From positions 32,001 to 96,000 of the forward strand of contig CAXXHG010000015.1 in assembly GCA_963666315.2 (NCBI GenBank): a stretch of 64,000 bases of DNA, written 5' to 3'. The position numbers were made by a program, and so were the translations under genes. The notes beneath the pieces were generated by a model that searched no databases, was not told where the DNA came from, and saw only the letters and a list, made by a program, of their open reading frames with translations. Within the stretch, counting starts at the first letter, position 1, and each line of letters starts with the position of its first letter. This stretch comes from Candidatus Binatia bacterium (GTDB lineage Bacteria > Desulfobacterota > Binatia > Bin18). Of the stretch, positions 43,486 through 54,884 are shown piece by piece.

Positions 43486-44523
43486 TCAGGCCGAGAGAGC
43501 ATTGTACTGGAGCGCCAGTGTCCGATTCGACCAGACGGATACCAAAGAGCCCAGCAGCAATCGATACACCCGAGCGCGGGGGATTTTGAGTCGTACGGAC
43601 GGGTCAAGCAGAGAGGGCGAACCGCGGAGCAAACGCAAGGTTGAGACACCGATGAGGAGCGGCCAGACACAGGCCAACCGCAGTTGCCATTCGCGTCTCG
43701 GAATAGCCTGGGTATAGGCCCAGCCATCCTGGTAATAGCTCAGCGTCAAATCCAATAATTCCTCCAGGAGGGGTCGCACCTGCTCGATAGTGGCGATGTG
43801 GAGAAGCTGGGTGGGCTCGACGCCTAACGCACTAAGATCGGTGTGAGGCAGATAACAGCGTCCCATTCTGAGGTCCTGGGCGACATCGCGCAGGATATTC
43901 GTCAGTTGGAGTCCTTTTCCGAACCGGACAGCGCGCGTACACATTTCCTCGGCATCCCAATGCCGGAGCGAGGGAATATGGTCCAGAGATACTTTGGTCC
44001 AAAACTCGCCCACGCATCCGGCCACAAAATAGGTGTATTGATCCAGATCATGTCGCGTTTCGAAAGCGCCAATCTGTCCAGCCTGTCCCTCTTCTCCACT
44101 CGGAAAAACAGTCAGATCCATCTGCATCCCCTGAGTCAAGGTCAAGACGAGCGTACGGATATTGCCCTGATCGTTGGAGTCCAGTGTGGCCAAAAAGGCA
44201 AAGCAGTCAGACATACACAGGAGCAGCTCACGCTCGGCTTGATTATCCTGGAGGTCGGCCAAGTCGGTCCGCAGGGATGAACTGACCGCGAAGTCCCGCT
44301 CAGTAAACGCGGCCCGATACTGCTGCAGACACTCCAGCCGACGTTCACGCAGCACGAGGCGTGTATCGGCAATCGTGTCGGCCGCACGACACAACAAATA
44401 GGCCAGACCAATCGGCCGGCGGAGCGCTTTTGGCAAAACGCGTAAGCTGAAGTAAAAGGACCGACTTACGCGCGGCAAGGTATGAAATAGGAGTTGCGCT
44501 TCGAGTGCGTGCGTATCCGCCAT
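43486..44523 (-). CDS. Squalene/phytoene synthase family protein (SQS-like)
   Basis: VSRSF, YLLCRAADTIAD, YFVAGCVG and LQLTNILRD motifs. Confidence 0.92.
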   Translation of the reverse strand: MADTHALEAQLLFHTLPRVSRSFYFSLRVLPKALRRPIGLAYLLCRAADTIADTRLVLRERRLECLQQYRAAFTERDFAVSSSLRTDLADLQDNQAERELLLCMSDCFAFLATLDSNDQGNIRTLVLTLTQGMQMDLTVFPSGEEGQAGQIGAFETRHDLDQYTYFVAGCVGEFWTKVSLDHIPSLRHWDAEEMCTRAVRFGKGLQLTNILRDVAQDLRMGRCYLPHTDLSALGVEPTQLLHIATIEQVRPLLEELLDLTLSYYQDGWAYTQAIPRREWQLRLACVWPLLIGVSTLRLLRGSPSLLDPSVRLKIPRARVYRLLLGSLVSVWSNRTLALQYNALSA

Positions 44524-44568
44524 GCGCGTCGAGACGTATACGCCCGTTGTCTGCGGGTCAAGCGCACT

Positions 44569-45111
44569 CTAACGGGTCAGGAATCCGGATGCCTGGAACT
44601 CTTCAAGAGCCAAGCGTCTCATCGAAAATCGATCTTTTTCCGCTCCGTCCATCTCGGCAAATGAATATGTACTCCCCAGCGGCTGAAAGATCGGGTCCCA
44701 CCCAAATCCACTCTTTGCGCGCGCCCGTTCCGGAACCACGCCGGCTACTGAGCCTGAAAAAATCTGCAGACCTGCAGAATCACAGTATCCGAGCAGCGTG
44801 GTCGCAGTGGCGGCTCGGTTGCTCTCGCCTTGGAGCATGTGGCACACCCCGTCGACACCAACACTGTTGAGGAACCACTTGATCAACGCGCCCGGAAGCC
44901 CGTTCCAAGCGGCAAAGGCTAAACCCGTATCTTCGACAAGGACGGGGCAACCTAGTGCCGCATAGGCCTGGCGGGCCTTGTGCTCGATGACGGGGAGAAG
45001 GTCGACAGCCTGAATCTCATCCAGATCGAGGGGTGTATGCGCCAGCGGATAGCCAAGAATGCGCTCAAACTCTTGGACTTTATTCACATTACCAGTAACA
45101 AACGTCAGCAC
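44569..45111 (-). CDS. rdgB: Non-canonical purine NTP pyrophosphatase (HAM1/RdgB)
   Basis: TGNVNK, VEDTGL, GLPG and FGWDPIF motifs. Confidence 0.9.
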   Translation of the reverse strand: MLTFVTGNVNKVQEFERILGYPLAHTPLDLDEIQAVDLLPVIEHKARQAYAALGCPVLVEDTGLAFAAWNGLPGALIKWFLNSVGVDGVCHMLQGESNRAATATTLLGYCDSAGLQIFSGSVAGVVPERARAKSGFGWDPIFQPLGSTYSFAEMDGAEKDRFSMRRLALEEFQASGFLTR

Positions 45112-45277
45112 CCAAGCACCTCAAAGCGTTGGCCGCTCACTGCAACGGACGGGCCACGCCGGTTCAACCTCGAGGTTGTCATCAAGTTCGTCATAGGTCG
45201 GCAACAAGTCGATCGGTCGATCGCTCGATAAAGGAGCCGCATCGGTTCTCGCGCCTCCGCATCAGTGCCCTCTGGGC

Positions 45278-45898
45278 TCAGTGCCCCTTTGTAGGCCGTG
45301 GCCGAAAAGCGTGGACACGATGACCCTTGCTCTGAAACGCCAGCAGTCGGGCAAACTCATCCTGAGCGATTAAGAAGACGCCCTGTTGCAGGGCGAAACG
45401 CTGCACCTGCACCGAAGATGGCTGCGGGCTCAGCACCATGGCCTGCTGACAATCATGTTGGTCCTTCGCCTCATGAGTGGCGGCCACACCCGCCAGCTCC
45501 ACCGCCTCACGTTCAACCCGACACCAGACTCGCTCGCGGCCTCTCGCCAGCAAGAGATAAGTGGCTGGATCATCCGGGACATTCGTGATTTGCGTCTCAT
45601 ACCCCTGAGCCTGGAGCACCATGATAGCTTGTCTCAGAAACTCCGCATCAGTCATGGCGTCGATTCCAGCCAGCGACGGGCGCTCCGGCCGACGACGTGT
45701 ATACGAGCTGTTAAGGAGCCACACTCCCATAGCACCGGCGAGCCACACAACGCCTTCAGAGCCGAAATACCTTTGCACCGTTGTTATGCCGAAAATAAGG
45801 AGCAGCACAACCGCCGTGCCCTTGAGCAAACCGGCGCGGGAACGTTTCGCGCGCCTGACCTTGCGCACTTCGACTGGCGCATGAGAAGGCTCTTGCAT
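45278..45898 (-). CDS. Membrane protein with a degenerate Mrr-like restriction-endonuclease domain
   Basis: Two TM segments then IDAMTDAEF...QGY; typical D/QxK catalytic residues not seen. Confidence 0.65.
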   Translation of the reverse strand: MQEPSHAPVEVRKVRRAKRSRAGLLKGTAVVLLLIFGITTVQRYFGSEGVVWLAGAMGVWLLNSSYTRRRPERPSLAGIDAMTDAEFLRQAIMVLQAQGYETQITNVPDDPATYLLLARGRERVWCRVEREAVELAGVAATHEAKDQHDCQQAMVLSPQPSSVQVQRFALQQGVFLIAQDEFARLLAFQSKGHRVHAFRPRPTKGH

Positions 45899-46126
45899 AG
45901 ATTTCTCCTACAGCACTCGGGGGCACACACTCCCCTGTCCTCCCCGTTTATCCGATAGCCCGCTGTCCTCGCAAGCACCGTAGGTCTGATCCCAGCGTAT
46001 CCGAAGGCTACGGGCAATGCCAACCTGGCCAACCTGTTCCCTCTCTTCCCGAGATACCCTCGCTTGAAGGCGAAATCAACGCGCCAGCCAACACGACAGT
46101 CATTGATACGGGGGAGTTACAGCAAG

Positions 46127-46990
46127 CTACTGTTTTGTTGTCAGCAGGACGCCGCCGATAACGAAAGCGGTCCCCACAATATGGACTCGGGTAATTTCCT
46201 CACCAAGAAAAACAGCCGAGCTGGCCATGACGATAATAGGAATCAAATTCATGAACACCGCAGCCCGGTGGGGACTCACCCGGCTCAGCGCTTGGTAATA
46301 CAGCAAATTGGTCATGGGCGATAAAATAGACAGAAAGCCCAGAGCGGCTAGGACTGACGGCGGGAAATCAAAGTCGGCGCTAAACGGGGATTCGAGCAGG
46401 CACAGCGGGACTAAGAGAAACGACCCGGCAATATACGAACTCGCCGTCGCTGCAGTAGGAGAGCGATGTGCCAAGGCGATACGACTATACACGGTGTACG
46501 TCGCCCAACTCAGTTGGCCGATCAAAATCAGCAAATCACCCCAGTTGAGAGCCATGTTTAATAAGATCTCTAGGGAACCCTCGCAAATAATGGAAACCAG
46601 TCCCACAAAGGAGACTAAGATGCCGACAACGTTGATGAGCGAGAGCTGCTCCTTCATGAACGCCCACGAAAAGACCGCAACCCAGATCGGAGTGGAGGCG
46701 GCTATGATACTCGCGTTCGAAGCCGTTGTTAAACGCAGGCCGAGATAGAAAAAAGTCCCGGCGCCAACGACGCCGGTCAATGTCATCACAACCGTACTCT
46801 CCGGGTCTTTGCGTAATTCCGCCCACCAATTGGGTTGGGATTTCCATCCCATGAGGGTGAGTAAGACCGCGCCCACAACCGTACGCAAGGCAATCAAGGT
46901 GAGCGGTCCGACCGCGCCGAGCATGAGCTTCCCAGCAGGGAAGTTCAGTGCCCACAGGCACACTACGGCTAAGAGTGAAAAATAGGCCAA
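46127..46990 (-). CDS. DMT/EamA transporter
   Basis: About ten hydrophobic segments; GDLLIL and FLGEEI motifs. Confidence 0.92.
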   Translation of the reverse strand: MAYFSLLAVVCLWALNFPAGKLMLGAVGPLTLIALRTVVGAVLLTLMGWKSQPNWWAELRKDPESTVVMTLTGVVGAGTFFYLGLRLTTASNASIIAASTPIWVAVFSWAFMKEQLSLINVVGILVSFVGLVSIICEGSLEILLNMALNWGDLLILIGQLSWATYTVYSRIALAHRSPTAATASSYIAGSFLLVPLCLLESPFSADFDFPPSVLAALGFLSILSPMTNLLYYQALSRVSPHRAAVFMNLIPIIVMASSAVFLGEEITRVHIVGTAFVIGGVLLTTKQ

Positions 46991-47050
46991 GCGGAAGATT
47001 TACTTTTAAAAGTGTCTCTCGTAAAGCCTGGTCCGCGTCCACATACCAGG

Positions 47051-48493
47051 TTAACCCTTAATCACAGCCATAGGTTTGAGTTTCAGCACTTTTTTACTAA
47101 TCCCTGCCCGCTCTACCACATCGACTACATTGGCAACATCTTTGTAAGCATACGGCATTCCTTCAGCAAACGTGCGCTTGCCTCGGTAGCGGGCGATAAC
47201 GCGTATTCGGCTGGCTCCTTGACCACATTGCGACCCCGAGCGACTTTTTTGGCCTGCATGCGACTCATCAGCCGACCCGCGCCATGACACGTTGAGCCAA
47301 AGGTTTCAGACATGACCTGATCTGTCCCGATCAGGAGAAAGGAATAACGGCTCATGTCTCCAGGAATAAGAACCGGCTGCCCACGCGACCATAACACGGC
47401 CGGAATAGCAGGATGCCCGGTCCAAAAGCACGTATTGCGCCTTTACGGTGGACCCAGACTTTGCGCCGAACACCATCGACCGTATGTGTTTCCAGTTTTG
47501 CAATATTATGACACACGTCATAGATCAATCGCAGACCAAGATCGTGTCGAGATATATCCAACGTCGTAAGAAACGCTTGTTCGGCTAAATGCATCATCAC
47601 CTGTCGATTGACCCAGGCGTAGTTTGCCGCGCAGGCCATGGCCGCCAGATAGTGTTGTCCTTCAGCCGAAGCGATGGGCGCACAGGCCAGCTGCCGGTCA
47701 GGGACGCTAATGTGGTACTTCTGCATGGCTTTGCCCATGACCTTGAGCGCGTCATCACACGTCTGATGTCCCAAGCCACGCGAGCCCGAGTGGATAATGA
47801 TGGTCACCTGCCCGACTGCCAAACCGAGCGCCTGAGCGACTTCCGGCAGGTATACTTCCTGCACCCGACCGACCTCAAGAAAGTGATTCCCAGACCCCGG
47901 CGTTCCAATCTGGCTGAGACCTCGACTCAGCGCTTCTTCGCTTAACGTCGCAGGACCCGCACCAGCCAAACAGCCCTGCTCTTCCGTGTGGTCGAGATCG
48001 CCGGCACAACCAAAACCACGCTCAACAGCCCAACGCGCACCTTGGAGGGTCAACTTTTTTTCATCGGCTCGGCTCAGCTTTGGTATCGCCCCTTTGGCAC
48101 CGACCCCACACGGAATAGTGGCAAAGAGCGTATCAGCCAGGGTATGTAGCTTGTTTTGAATCTCGGAGGCCTGGAGTTTCGTCCCGATTAATCGGCAGCC
48201 GCAATTGATGTCGAACCCAATTCAGCCAGGTGTAATCACACCCTCGTCTGCGTCCACTGCTGCCACCCACCGATGAGGAATCCATATGCCCAGTGAATAT
48301 CCGGTATGGCTAACGAATGCCCCACAATACCTGGCAGATGGGCCACATTGACAACTTGCTGCAGGGCGGCATCACGCTTAATATCGTCCATCAGATCGGA
48401 CGACACATATATCCGGCCGGGCACACGCATACCGCCCTGTTGGGGAATTTCCCACACATAGTCGTTCATACGACGAAGAGGAATATCGACCAT
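47051..48493 (-). pseudogene. rtcB: RtcB RNA ligase, multiply frameshifted
   Basis: PDIHW, DINCG, GSGNHFLE, HSGSRG, HRKGA, IPGDM, CHGAGR, AYKD and VIKG motifs distributed over different frames. Confidence 0.92.
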
Positions 48494-48537
48494 GTGCACC
48501 CTCACACCTTCCTTGAGGCTCTCGGGTCTGTTTGCCT

Positions 48538-49371
48538 CTACCAAACGAAAGATCCGAGCACAGCGACCAGACCCACTGGCCACAGATACCAGGCGAAGAG
48601 ATAGAAATGATCCTGTCTGACCGCGCGTATGATGAAGCCTATCGAGAAATAGCCTATGATCGCCGCCAGGACCATGCCGGCCACATACGGACCCATCGAC
48701 GGCCAGAATTCAGCGTAGAGCGCCCCGTCTCTGCCGGCCCAAAGCTTGTGTGTCTGCAGCACTGCCGCCCCGAGAATAGCCGGAATCGAGATGAGTAACG
48801 AGAAGCGTGTCACCAGTTCGCGCTCAAGGCCGAGCAGCAACCCGCCCGTGATCGTTGCCCCGGCGCGCGAAATGCCAGGCACAATGGCAACGCCTTGGAG
48901 GACACCGATGGCGAGAGCGTCCACGGATCTCATGCCGGCGATACTCCTGGCCACCACACGGGCGCGCGCCCACCACAGCAGGCACCCCGTGACCATAAGC
49001 ATGCCGCCAACGACACCCGGCCGGGTCACAATCGAGGTGAGGTGACGTTCTATGCCTAGACCAAGGATGAGCGTCGGGACTTGCGCCAAGACAATGAAGC
49101 CCACCGCCTGGCGCTCTCGTCCGGCAAACGTGCCGCCAGAGGCAGCCGACGGCCTCGTCAGCCCGTGCCACAGATCGGCAACGTCACTCCGGAAATAGGT
49201 CAACACCGCTCCTGCCGTCGCCACATGCAGCAGTATGTCGTACACGAGGTCGATGTCCGCCGAGCGGCCCAGCATATGTTGGGCTAAGATCAAGTGCCCG
49301 GACGAGGAAACCGGCAGGAATTCAGTGATACCCTGGAGCACGGCAAGAAGCAGCGCGTCGACGTAACTCAT
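48538..49371 (-). CDS. uppP: Undecaprenyl-diphosphate phosphatase
   Basis: [15 protein letters not shown] and PGISRAG motifs. Confidence 0.95.
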   Translation of the reverse strand: MSYVDALLLAVLQGITEFLPVSSSGHLILAQHMLGRSADIDLVYDILLHVATAGAVLTYFRSDVADLWHGLTRPSAASGGTFAGRERQAVGFIVLAQVPTLILGLGIERHLTSIVTRPGVVGGMLMVTGCLLWWARARVVARSIAGMRSVDALAIGVLQGVAIVPGISRAGATITGGLLLGLERELVTRFSLLISIPAILGAAVLQTHKLWAGRDGALYAEFWPSMGPYVAGMVLAAIIGYFSIGFIIRAVRQDHFYLFAWYLWPVGLVAVLGSFVW

Positions 49372-50059
49372 CAGCTAAGCGCGCAGTACAGCGTCCGGTC
49401 TCTGCTGTCCATACCAGCCGATTTTGACTGAAATTTTTATTTTGCCTTTTACGATTTGCGGCTGTATCACTCGTGACCCCACTCCCTTGCCTCTCATCGC
49501 CACCGCACCATACCTAAGTGAGACGCACTTGGCAGCTGGGCGCTGGGCCTCCGGCTTCCCCTGCTACTGTGGGCCTTACACGAGCGCTGGATCAGCCGAT
49601 ACGCCCGCCGTTCCGAGAAAACATACGCCAACCCCAGCTTAAAACAAGGTACAGATAAACGAGGCCACGGCTGAGCCTTGGGTCGGCACAATGAAACAGC
49701 TGCCCCACGTGCTGATACTGGCGATTAGAGTTTTGCTTCACGCCTTTACTCTTTCGTCGATTTGCCGATTGTGGAATCGTCCGTGACCGTTTAGATCTCG
49801 TTCTCAGCCAGGAGCTGGTCTAGGTCTGCCATGCCTATCTCCGAGGTACGAAGATGCGTGTTTCCCAACAACAAGAAGTCGGCAAGCAGTCTTTTATTAT
49901 CCATCCACGCTTGGCAGAATTCGCCGAAAAAAGATTAGCAACTCGTTGTGACTCTGAATCTCCTGCCACCCTCCTCAATGGCTCCACTCGAAAGGGAAAA
50001 TTTGACGCCTCTCAGCTCGACTTTGTCCCACGCTCCCAGAATCCAAACTGACGAACTTG

Positions 50060-51010
50060 TAGATACATCGGCTCGCAGTATAACTAGAGTTGGCCAAAAT
50101 GGAGGAAGCTGATGACTTGCGAATGGATGCGCGTTGAAGAAAGGGCCTATGACCTACAGAGAAATGCCGTTTCTGCTTCTGCCCTTGCTTTGGAACGTGA
50201 TATCCCGTCGATTTTATCCACCCGATACCATGCTTGAGCGAGCCCATGGTGACGGCATGACCATCGGAAACGATAGCGTTGAGGCCTTCGAGGAAATCCT
50301 GTGGCGTGCATTCTGGCCAGAGAAATACCCCAAAGACCGCATCGAACTTTGGGCGGCGGATGACTCGGATGTTAATGAAGAATTCGAGCTCTTCATGAGG
50401 AATCATCTACGTAAACTAATCGCATTGCGCTCTGGTGGGCGGCCGGGTGATAGCCGTTATGTATCGAAGAACAATACCAACGTATCGCGTATCCCGAAGA
50501 TAACACAGCTGTTCCCCGATGCAGTTATCCTGATTCCGTTCCGTACCCAGTGGATCACGTCGGCTCAATGCTGCGTCAACATCACAATTTTCACAAGATT
50601 CATACCGAGGACGCCTTCGCTAGGCGTTAGAGGATCTTGGTCACTTTGATTTCGGCGCAACCTTTCGCCCAATTAATTTCGATAACTGATTAGATCGAGA
50701 AGAGTTAATTTCGACCTACACCGCAGATTTCTGGATGAACTACTGGTGTGCAACGTTTAAGCATATCCGATCCAACCCGGTGGATAACCTTGTTTTTATC
50801 AGCTACGACAAATGCTGTGCTAAGCTGGTGGTTTCACTGCAACGCTTGGGTGACAGGATCGGCATTGAGCGAATGGAGGAGCTAACGACCAAGGCACACC
50901 GATTCCGTCCGCCGATTAGGTATGATGTTAATGAGCTCCGTGTCGATCGGCTTATCCTTGAGAAGGCTCTTACCTTGCATGATGAACTGGTAGCAATGGC
51001 AATTAACTAA
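50060..51010 (+). pseudogene. Sulfotransferase-family remnant
   Basis: TYREMPF, ERAHGDG, EAFEEILW and YVSKNN motifs; broken into fragments, with the N-terminal PAPS loop missing. Confidence 0.7.
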
Positions 51011-51016
51011 CCCGGG

Positions 51017-51280
51017 GTGCGGATTTCAGTCCGGTACTAATTCTACCAATCAGAGCGGGGGCAAGCCGTGTTGTGGTACAGGTACATGCCGAGCGAAAGA
51101 GCATAGGAGGCCATGTCTTGCAAACACCACAGGCGGCAGGCCCTCCAGAGCATTATGAGGGCGCTGTTCGTTGTAGAATTGGTGCCAGGTTTCCGCGATT
51201 TTCTGGGCGCCCTCCAAGGTCTTGCAGAGGTGTCAGTTCAAGCATTTCTCTCGGAAGCGCCCATTAAACCGATTCACACC
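51017..51280 (-). mobile_element. IS3-family transposase 3' remnant
   Basis: Minus strand ES/FNGRFREKCLN*HL...WHQFYNEQRPHNALEGLPP with stops and frameshifts. Confidence 0.8.
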
Positions 51281-51493
51281 AGGCGTTTTTCGTCAGCCTC
51301 CCTGGGAGGAAGGAGAGCCCACCTTATCGTAATCGTATGATTTTCCCAAATCGTCCTGCAATTTCTATTTTACTTGCCGATATATTCTCTACTAAAGAGG
51401 CAGATCTCGAGGAAACCTCGCAGTGGAGTCCTTAAGAAAGTCTCCAGGCTCGTTGGGAACAAGCCTGACAGCCGCAAAGGGATAGAGACAGCG

Positions 51494-53341
51494 ATGACAG
51501 ATATTTTAGGCATCTCGGCGTTTTACCATGATAGCGCGGCCTGCTTAGTGCGGGACGGCCACATTTTCGCCGCCGCGCAGGAAGAACGCTTTTCGCGCAA
51601 GAAGCACGACCCCCGGTTTCCCCGCCAAGCGATTGGCTACTGTCTGCAGGCCGGAAAGTGCTCCCTGGCCGATCTGCACTCGGTCGTCTTCTACGACAAG
51701 CCCTTCGTCAAATTTGAACGCCTGCTCGAAACCTATCTCGCCTTTGCCCCCACAGGACTTCGGTCCTTTGTGGCTGCTATGCCGGTCTGGCTCAAAGAAA
51801 AACTCTTCCTCAAAAGTCAATTACAGAAAGACCTTGTAGCCCTCGACGATGGCCTCGACCAAGCGTCTCTCCCTCCCCTTTTGTTTACCGAACATCATGA
51901 AGCCCATGCCGCCTCGGCCTTTTATCCCTCGCCCTACGACACCGCCGCGGTCCTGTGTCTGGACGGGGTGGGCGAATGGGCCACCACCTCGGCGTGGCGG
52001 GGACAGGCTGGCGCCCTGACACCCTTGTGGGACATTCCCTTCCCTCACTCGCTCGGCCTCCTGTATTCGGCCTTTACCTATTATACCGGCTTCAAGGTCA
52101 ATTCAGGCGAATACAAAGTCATGGGACTCGCCCCGTATGGCGATCCGAAGTACGTGCAGACCATTTACGACCATCTCATTGACCTCAAGCCGGATGGGAC
52201 CTTCCGGTTGAATATGGACTATTTCGATTACTGCACCGGCCTGACCATGACCAACGGGAATTTTGCTACACTCTTTGGCGGTCCCGCCCGCACGCCGGAA
52301 ACGGCCCTGACACAACGCGAGATGGATCTGGCCCGGTCTATTCAAGAAGTGACCGAAACGGTGATGTTGCGCCTGGCCCAGACGCTGCATCGGGAAACGG
52401 GCGAGCAGAACCTGTGCCTGGCGGGTGGAGTGGCATTAAACTGTGTGGGCAATGGCCGCATTCTGCGCGACGGCCCGTTTGCCAATCTCTGGATACAGCC
52501 GGCCGCCGGAGACGCGGGCGGAGCGATAGGCGCGGCTCTGACCGCGTGGCATCAGTATGCGGGGCATCCTCGGCAGGCGAATGGGCAGCACGATGCCATG
52601 CAGGGCAGTTTTTTAGGGCCCGCGTTCTCAAACGCGCAAATCGAAACCTTCCTCACCCACAGCGCGGCACCGTACGTGCGCTTGGACGATGATGCCCTCT
52701 ATGCGCGGGTCGCTCAGGAACTCGCCGCAGGCAAGGTCGTGGGCTGGCTGCAGGGACGCATGGAGTTCGGCCCGCGGGCACTCGGCGGGCGTAGTATACT
52801 GGGCGACCCGCGCAGTGCGCAGATGCAGTCGGTCATGAATCTCAAAATCAAGCAGCGGGAATCGTTTCGGCCCTTTGCTCCGTCGGTACTTCGCGAGCGG
52901 GTCGCGGACTATTTCAGGCTGGATACGGATAGTCCGTATATGTTGCTGGTCGCTCCGGTTCAGGACAACCGCCGGCTAGAAATAAGTGCGGAACAGGACG
53001 CGCTGTGGGGCATTGAGAAGCTCAACATCCCCCGTTCCGACATTCCAGCCGTCACGCACGTAGACTACTCCGCCCGGGTCCAAACGGTCCATGCAGACAC
53101 CAATCCCGGCTACTACCACTTACTGCAAGCCTTTGAAGCCCAAACGGGCTGCGGCGTCTTGGTCAATACCTCGTTTAACGTCCGTGGGGAACCGATTGTG
53201 TGCAGCCCGCAGGATGCGTATCGCTGTTTTATGCGCACCGAGATGGACCTCTTGGTGCTCGAAAATTGTGTGCTCGAAAAAGGGCAGCAAGCGCCGCTCA
53301 CCGACGATGGTGATTGGCGCACAGAGTTTGAGTTGGACTGA
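51494..53341 (+). CDS. Carbamoyltransferase (NodU/CmcH/SxtI family)
   Basis: HDSAA, EERFSR, HHEAH, GEYKVMGLAPYG, GPRALG and NTSFN motifs. Confidence 0.96.
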   Translation: MTDILGISAFYHDSAACLVRDGHIFAAAQEERFSRKKHDPRFPRQAIGYCLQAGKCSLADLHSVVFYDKPFVKFERLLETYLAFAPTGLRSFVAAMPVWLKEKLFLKSQLQKDLVALDDGLDQASLPPLLFTEHHEAHAASAFYPSPYDTAAVLCLDGVGEWATTSAWRGQAGALTPLWDIPFPHSLGLLYSAFTYYTGFKVNSGEYKVMGLAPYGDPKYVQTIYDHLIDLKPDGTFRLNMDYFDYCTGLTMTNGNFATLFGGPARTPETALTQREMDLARSIQEVTETVMLRLAQTLHRETGEQNLCLAGGVALNCVGNGRILRDGPFANLWIQPAAGDAGGAIGAALTAWHQYAGHPRQANGQHDAMQGSFLGPAFSNAQIETFLTHSAAPYVRLDDDALYARVAQELAAGKVVGWLQGRMEFGPRALGGRSILGDPRSAQMQSVMNLKIKQRESFRPFAPSVLRERVADYFRLDTDSPYMLLVAPVQDNRRLEISAEQDALWGIEKLNIPRSDIPAVTHVDYSARVQTVHADTNPGYYHLLQAFEAQTGCGVLVNTSFNVRGEPIVCSPQDAYRCFMRTEMDLLVLENCVLEKGQQAPLTDDGDWRTEFELD

Positions 53342-53351
53342 GGGAGACATA

Positions 53352-53750
53352 GTGGCGCATCCACCTGAGACAAAACTTATCCGCTCGTTTGGACTCATCG
53401 TCGGCGGCATTTTTCTACTGATTGGGCTATGGCCGCTCGCGGTGCGGGCCGAGGCTCCACGGCTCTGGGCCGTCGGCATTGCGGCGGGGCTCCTGCTGCC
53501 GGCGGTCCTATTCCCAAAGGTCCTCACCCCTATCTATCGCCTCTGGATGCGAGTCGGCGATGCACTCGGGTGGATCAATACCCGCATTATTCTGAGTCTG
53601 GTCTTCTACGGCTTGTTTACGCCGATCGGTGTGATTCGACGTGTATTACTCAAAAAAGACCCGCTCCAGCTCGCGTTTGAGCCGGAGGCTGCGACGTATC
53701 GCATCGTCCGGCAACCGCGCCCGCCCGCGCATTTAGAACGACAATTTTAA
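53352..53750 (+). CDS. SxtJ-family membrane protein
   Basis: RSFGL, WMRVGDALGWINTRIIL and FTPIG motifs; follows the carbamoyltransferase. Confidence 0.88.
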   Translation: MAHPPETKLIRSFGLIVGGIFLLIGLWPLAVRAEAPRLWAVGIAAGLLLPAVLFPKVLTPIYRLWMRVGDALGWINTRIILSLVFYGLFTPIGVIRRVLLKKDPLQLAFEPEAATYRIVRQPRPPAHLERQF

Positions 53751-54061
53751 CAATTTTGACAATTTGTAAAGACGAGGCTAAACAGGGCTAATCCCGCACG
53801 GCGAAACAGCTCGTGCGCAGATGGTCCCTCCACCTCGATACCAAGGTCTGCGGTGTGGTCGATCTCGCGAAACAAGGGCTCTGCCACATATGTATTTTAC
53901 ACAGCACAACCGCCGGGCGGAACTCCGATCCCCCAGCGTTAGAGTGTGTTTGAAAAAAGGAGAAAACGTGTCATTGTGAGGAGCGGGAGGCGACGAAACA
54001 ATCACGTGTCCAGCGAGTTTCCAAACACCCTCTCGACCAGGTGCCAAGGTTTTGTCTTGAT

Positions 54062-54721
54062 CTATGGCGTGGGCGTGCCGATTTCGTCCAGAATTGTCCG
54101 GACATCGGCAAGAGAGGCAAGGATCCAGTCTGCGCCAGAAAGATCAAGACCTCGCGTATATTGATGCGGAATGGCAACACACCGCATCCCGACGGCTTTC
54201 GCCGCTTGTATGCCGTTCGGCGCGTCTTCTAATACAAGGCATTGGTCAGGCCGAACATCGACAGCCCGCGCAGCCTGGAGAAAGACATCGGGTGCCGGTT
54301 TCCCGTGGGTGACGTCTTCCGCAGTAACCAGAGTCACAAATTGATGCGCCAAACGTATCTCATCTAGGACGGCCTGGACGTACACCCGCGTGCCGCTACT
54401 CGCGACCGCCGTCCGTACACCCCGGCGCTCCACATCGTCCAGGAGGACGGACAGTCCGGGCATCGGTTTTACCTGTCCGTTCAGGTGAGTGATCTGGTAG
54501 GATTCCTTTTCCCGACTCGGCTGTTCCGGAACGTCGCTCAGATTATACCGCTTGACAAACAAACGAGCGGTTTCAATAAGCCGCTGGCCTAAGATGCCGT
54601 CGAGAATCGACGGCTCAAGTATCGCCCCGCGCCTGGCCGTGACGGCCTGCCATGAGGCGAGCGAATGCGGCTCACTATCAACCAGTAAACCGTCGAGATC
54701 AGATAGGATAGCTTGGATCAT
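54062..54721 (-). CDS. HAD-family phosphatase
   Basis: DLDGLLVDSE, KPAPD and EDAPNG motifs. Confidence 0.93.
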   Translation of the reverse strand: MIQAILSDLDGLLVDSEPHSLASWQAVTARRGAILEPSILDGILGQRLIETARLFVKRYNLSDVPEQPSREKESYQITHLNGQVKPMPGLSVLLDDVERRGVRTAVASSGTRVYVQAVLDEIRLAHQFVTLVTAEDVTHGKPAPDVFLQAARAVDVRPDQCLVLEDAPNGIQAAKAVGMRCVAIPHQYTRGLDLSGADWILASLADVRTILDEIGTPTP

Positions 54722-54762
54722 AACGTAGTACCTCGAGAAAAAGCCCTATTCGCTAAGATCCA

Positions 54763-54814
54763 ACTCCCAGACAAGCGCCCCGGGCACTCCCAGACAAGCG
54801 CCCCGGGCACTCCC
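54763..54814. repeat. Exact 23-bp tandem duplication
   Basis: (ACTCCCAGACAAGCGCCCCGGGC)x2 plus ACTCCC. Confidence 0.95.
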
Positions 54815-54884
54815 TGCAGAGCAGCCCTAAAGGCCTCATCCGCGCCGATGACCGGGTAGCCCAAATTCGTTGGGTTCGTCTGGG

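Noticed and set aside
43407-43727. N-terminal extensions of mug, and likewise ychF, tsaE and sxtJ, in the ORF track
   Set aside because: They overlap neighbouring genes or repeats and lack family similarity; downstream starts were chosen.
51494-53750. Saxitoxin gene cluster
   Set aside because: Only sxtI/sxtJ-like genes, which are widespread; no sxtA, sxtG or sxtB.
54763-54814. CRISPR-like repeat
   Set aside because: Direct tandem copies without spacers and no cas genes; no CRISPR array was seen anywhere in the window.
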